Shown: piece by piece, positions 62,548 through 64,000 of the stretch
Numbering within the stretch: position 1 is the stretch's first letter
How the letters are laid out: the number at the start of each line of letters is the position of its first letter
Origin: an uncultured Clostridia bacterium
GTDB lineage: Bacteria > Bacillota > Clostridia > TANB77 > CAG-508
Direction of reading: 5' to 3'
NCBI GenBank assembly: GCA_944388795.1
Contig: CALXKD010000004.1
Coordinates: forward strand, 9,633 to 73,632
DNA: 64,000 nucleotides
Made by a program: the position numbers and the translations under genes
Notes under the pieces: generated by a model
Told to the model about the DNA's origin: nothing
Databases searched by the model: none
What the model saw: the letters and a program-made list of their open reading frames with translations, nothing else

Positions 62548-64000
62548 ATGTTTAAATTACATTCAGAATATAAACCAACAGGAGATCAACCAAAGGCAAT
62601 TGAATATTTAAGTAAGGGGATAGAAGAGGGAAAGAAGTTTCAAACACTACTTGGTGTTACAGGCTCAGGAAAAACCTTTACAATGGCAAATATTATTCAG
62701 AAAGTACAAAAACCAACACTTGTATTAGCACATAATAAAACTCTAGCAGGGCAATTATATAGTGAGTTCAAAGAGTTTTTCCCTGAAAACAATGTTGAGT
62801 ATTTTGTTAGTTATTATGATTATTATCAACCAGAAAGCTATATTCCACAATCAGATACTTATATAGAAAAAGATTCTTCAGTCAATGACGAAATTGATAA
62901 ACTGAGACATTCAGCCACCTTATCTTTATTTGAAACAAGAGATGTTATTATCGTTGCTTCTGTTTCTTGTATCTATGGTTTAGGAGATCCAGAAGATTAT
63001 CAAGAAATGATGTTATCTTTAAGACCAGGTATGCAAAAGGGAAGAGATGAGGTTTTAAGAAAATTAATTACCATGCAATATACAAGAAATGAAATTGATT
63101 TTCAAAGAGGAACTTTCAGAGCTAAAGGAGATATTGTTGAAATTTACCCTTCTGACCAATCTGAATCTGCTATTAGAGTGGAATTTTGGGGAGATGAAAT
63201 TGAAAAATTAGTAGAAATTAATCCATTAACTGGAAAAACCATTGGAACGAGAAGACATGTTTTGATTTCTCCTGCATCTCACTATGTAACGACTAAAAGC
63301 AAAATGGAAAGAGCAATTGTGACAATAGAAGAGGAACTAGAAGAAAGAATCAAATATTTTAAGAATCATAATAAATTGATTGAAGCACAAAGAATTGAAG
63401 AGAGAACAAATTTTGATATTGAAATGATGAAGGAAACAGGCTTTTGTTCAGGAATTGAAAACTATTCTAGACATATTAGTGGCAGAAAACCAGGAAGTCC
63501 TCCATACACATTATTTGACTATTTTCCAAAGGATTTCTTATTATTAATTGATGAATCTCATGCCACCATTCCACAAGTAAGAGCTATGTATAATGGGGAT
63601 CATTCAAGAAAAGAATCTTTAGTAAATTATGGATTTAGGCTACCTTCTGCATTTGATAATAGACCATTAACATTTGGAGAATTTGAAAAGAAATTAAATC
63701 AAGTCGTATTTGTTAGTGCTACACCAGGGGATTATGAAAAAGAACACAGTAAAGAAAATATTGTAGAGCAAATTATCAGACCAACTGGCTTATTAGACCC
63801 TAAAATTGAAGTAAAACCAGTAACCAATCAAATAGATGATTTACTAGAGCAAATTCGTATCAGAGTAGAAAGAAATGAAAGAGTTTTAGTAACAACATTA
63901 ACAAAGAAAATGGCAGAAGACTTGACAGATTATTTAAAAGGATTAGATATCAAAGTAAACTATATGCATTCTGATACAAAAACTTTAGAAAGAATGGAAA
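62548..64000 (+). CDS. uvrB: Excinuclease ABC subunit B (3' end outside window)
   Basis: ATG 62548 behind [81 protein letters not shown] and IDESH. The frame is open to the window end. Confidence 0.95.
   Translation, partial: MFKLHSEYKPTGDQPKAIEYLSKGIEEGKKFQTLLGVTGSGKTFTMANIIQKVQKPTLVLAHNKTLAGQLYSEFKEFFPENNVEYFVSYYDYYQPESYIPQSDTYIEKDSSVNDEIDKLRHSATLSLFETRDVIIVASVSCIYGLGDPEDYQEMMLSLRPGMQKGRDEVLRKLITMQYTRNEIDFQRGTFRAKGDIVEIYPSDQSESAIRVEFWGDEIEKLVEINPLTGKTIGTRRHVLISPASHYVTTKSKMERAIVTIEEELEERIKYFKNHNKLIEAQRIEERTNFDIEMMKETGFCSGIENYSRHISGRKPGSPPYTLFDYFPKDFLLLIDESHATIPQVRAMYNGDHSRKESLVNYGFRLPSAFDNRPLTFGEFEKKLNQVVFVSATPGDYEKEHSKENIVEQIIRPTGLLDPKIEVKPVTNQIDDLLEQIRIRVERNERVLVTTLTKKMAEDLTDYLKGLDIKVNYMHSDTKTLERME

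Overview
AT-rich Firmicutes chromosome segment. spoIIID-like, dpaB and SigE/K-like genes suggest a clostridial or erysipelotrichial-type spore former. About 54 protein genes are packed tightly and almost all lie on the + strand. I found no rRNA, tRNA, CRISPR array, transposase or integrase.

Content from left to right:
- FtsX permease tail, DagK-type lipid kinase, two orphan genes and metK.
- A PAP2 phosphatase fused to DgkA, then pta and two tandem acetate kinases.
- A heterodimeric ABC exporter pair and an IMPDH-family gene.
- A surface operon: a cadherin-like-domain protein, a glucosaminidase and an amidase. Each of the two hydrolases carries 7 near-identical Big_2 repeats.
- A ~20 kb cell-wall glycopolymer locus at 20986-40650. 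It holds a pyruvyl transferase, a TagH/TagG-type exporter, seven glycosyltransferases, two GtrB-like genes, GtrA, a GtrII-like membrane protein and two YfhO genes, one of them frameshifted.
- DedA, then a Vga/Lsa-type ARE ABC-F gene behind a ~225-nt leader with a micro-ORF and a terminator/anti-SD hairpin.
- Small enzymes and membrane proteins.
- An unusual regulatory island at 47.2-52.4 kb (below).
- An orphan dpaB, a YneA-like LysM gene with two LexA-type boxes in its promoter, and pepF.
- A dockerin-bearing repeat surface protein, an ECF sigma/anti-sigma pair, a serine hydrolase frameshifted in a poly-A run, and the 5' part of uvrB.

The most interesting signal is the island at 47.2-52.4 kb. 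It is the only minus-strand block and is visibly richer in G+C. It holds a SpoIIID-like gene and three SigE/SigK-like sigma paralogs. These sigmas lack the N-terminal pro-peptide and instead carry an unrecognised ~75-85 aa domain after region 4. Facing them divergently are three receiver-less Spo0A C-terminal-domain proteins with duplicated promoter/UTR/terminator modules. I do not recognise this 3+3 architecture as a described system.

All calls come from reading the sequence and ORF translations; no database search was run.
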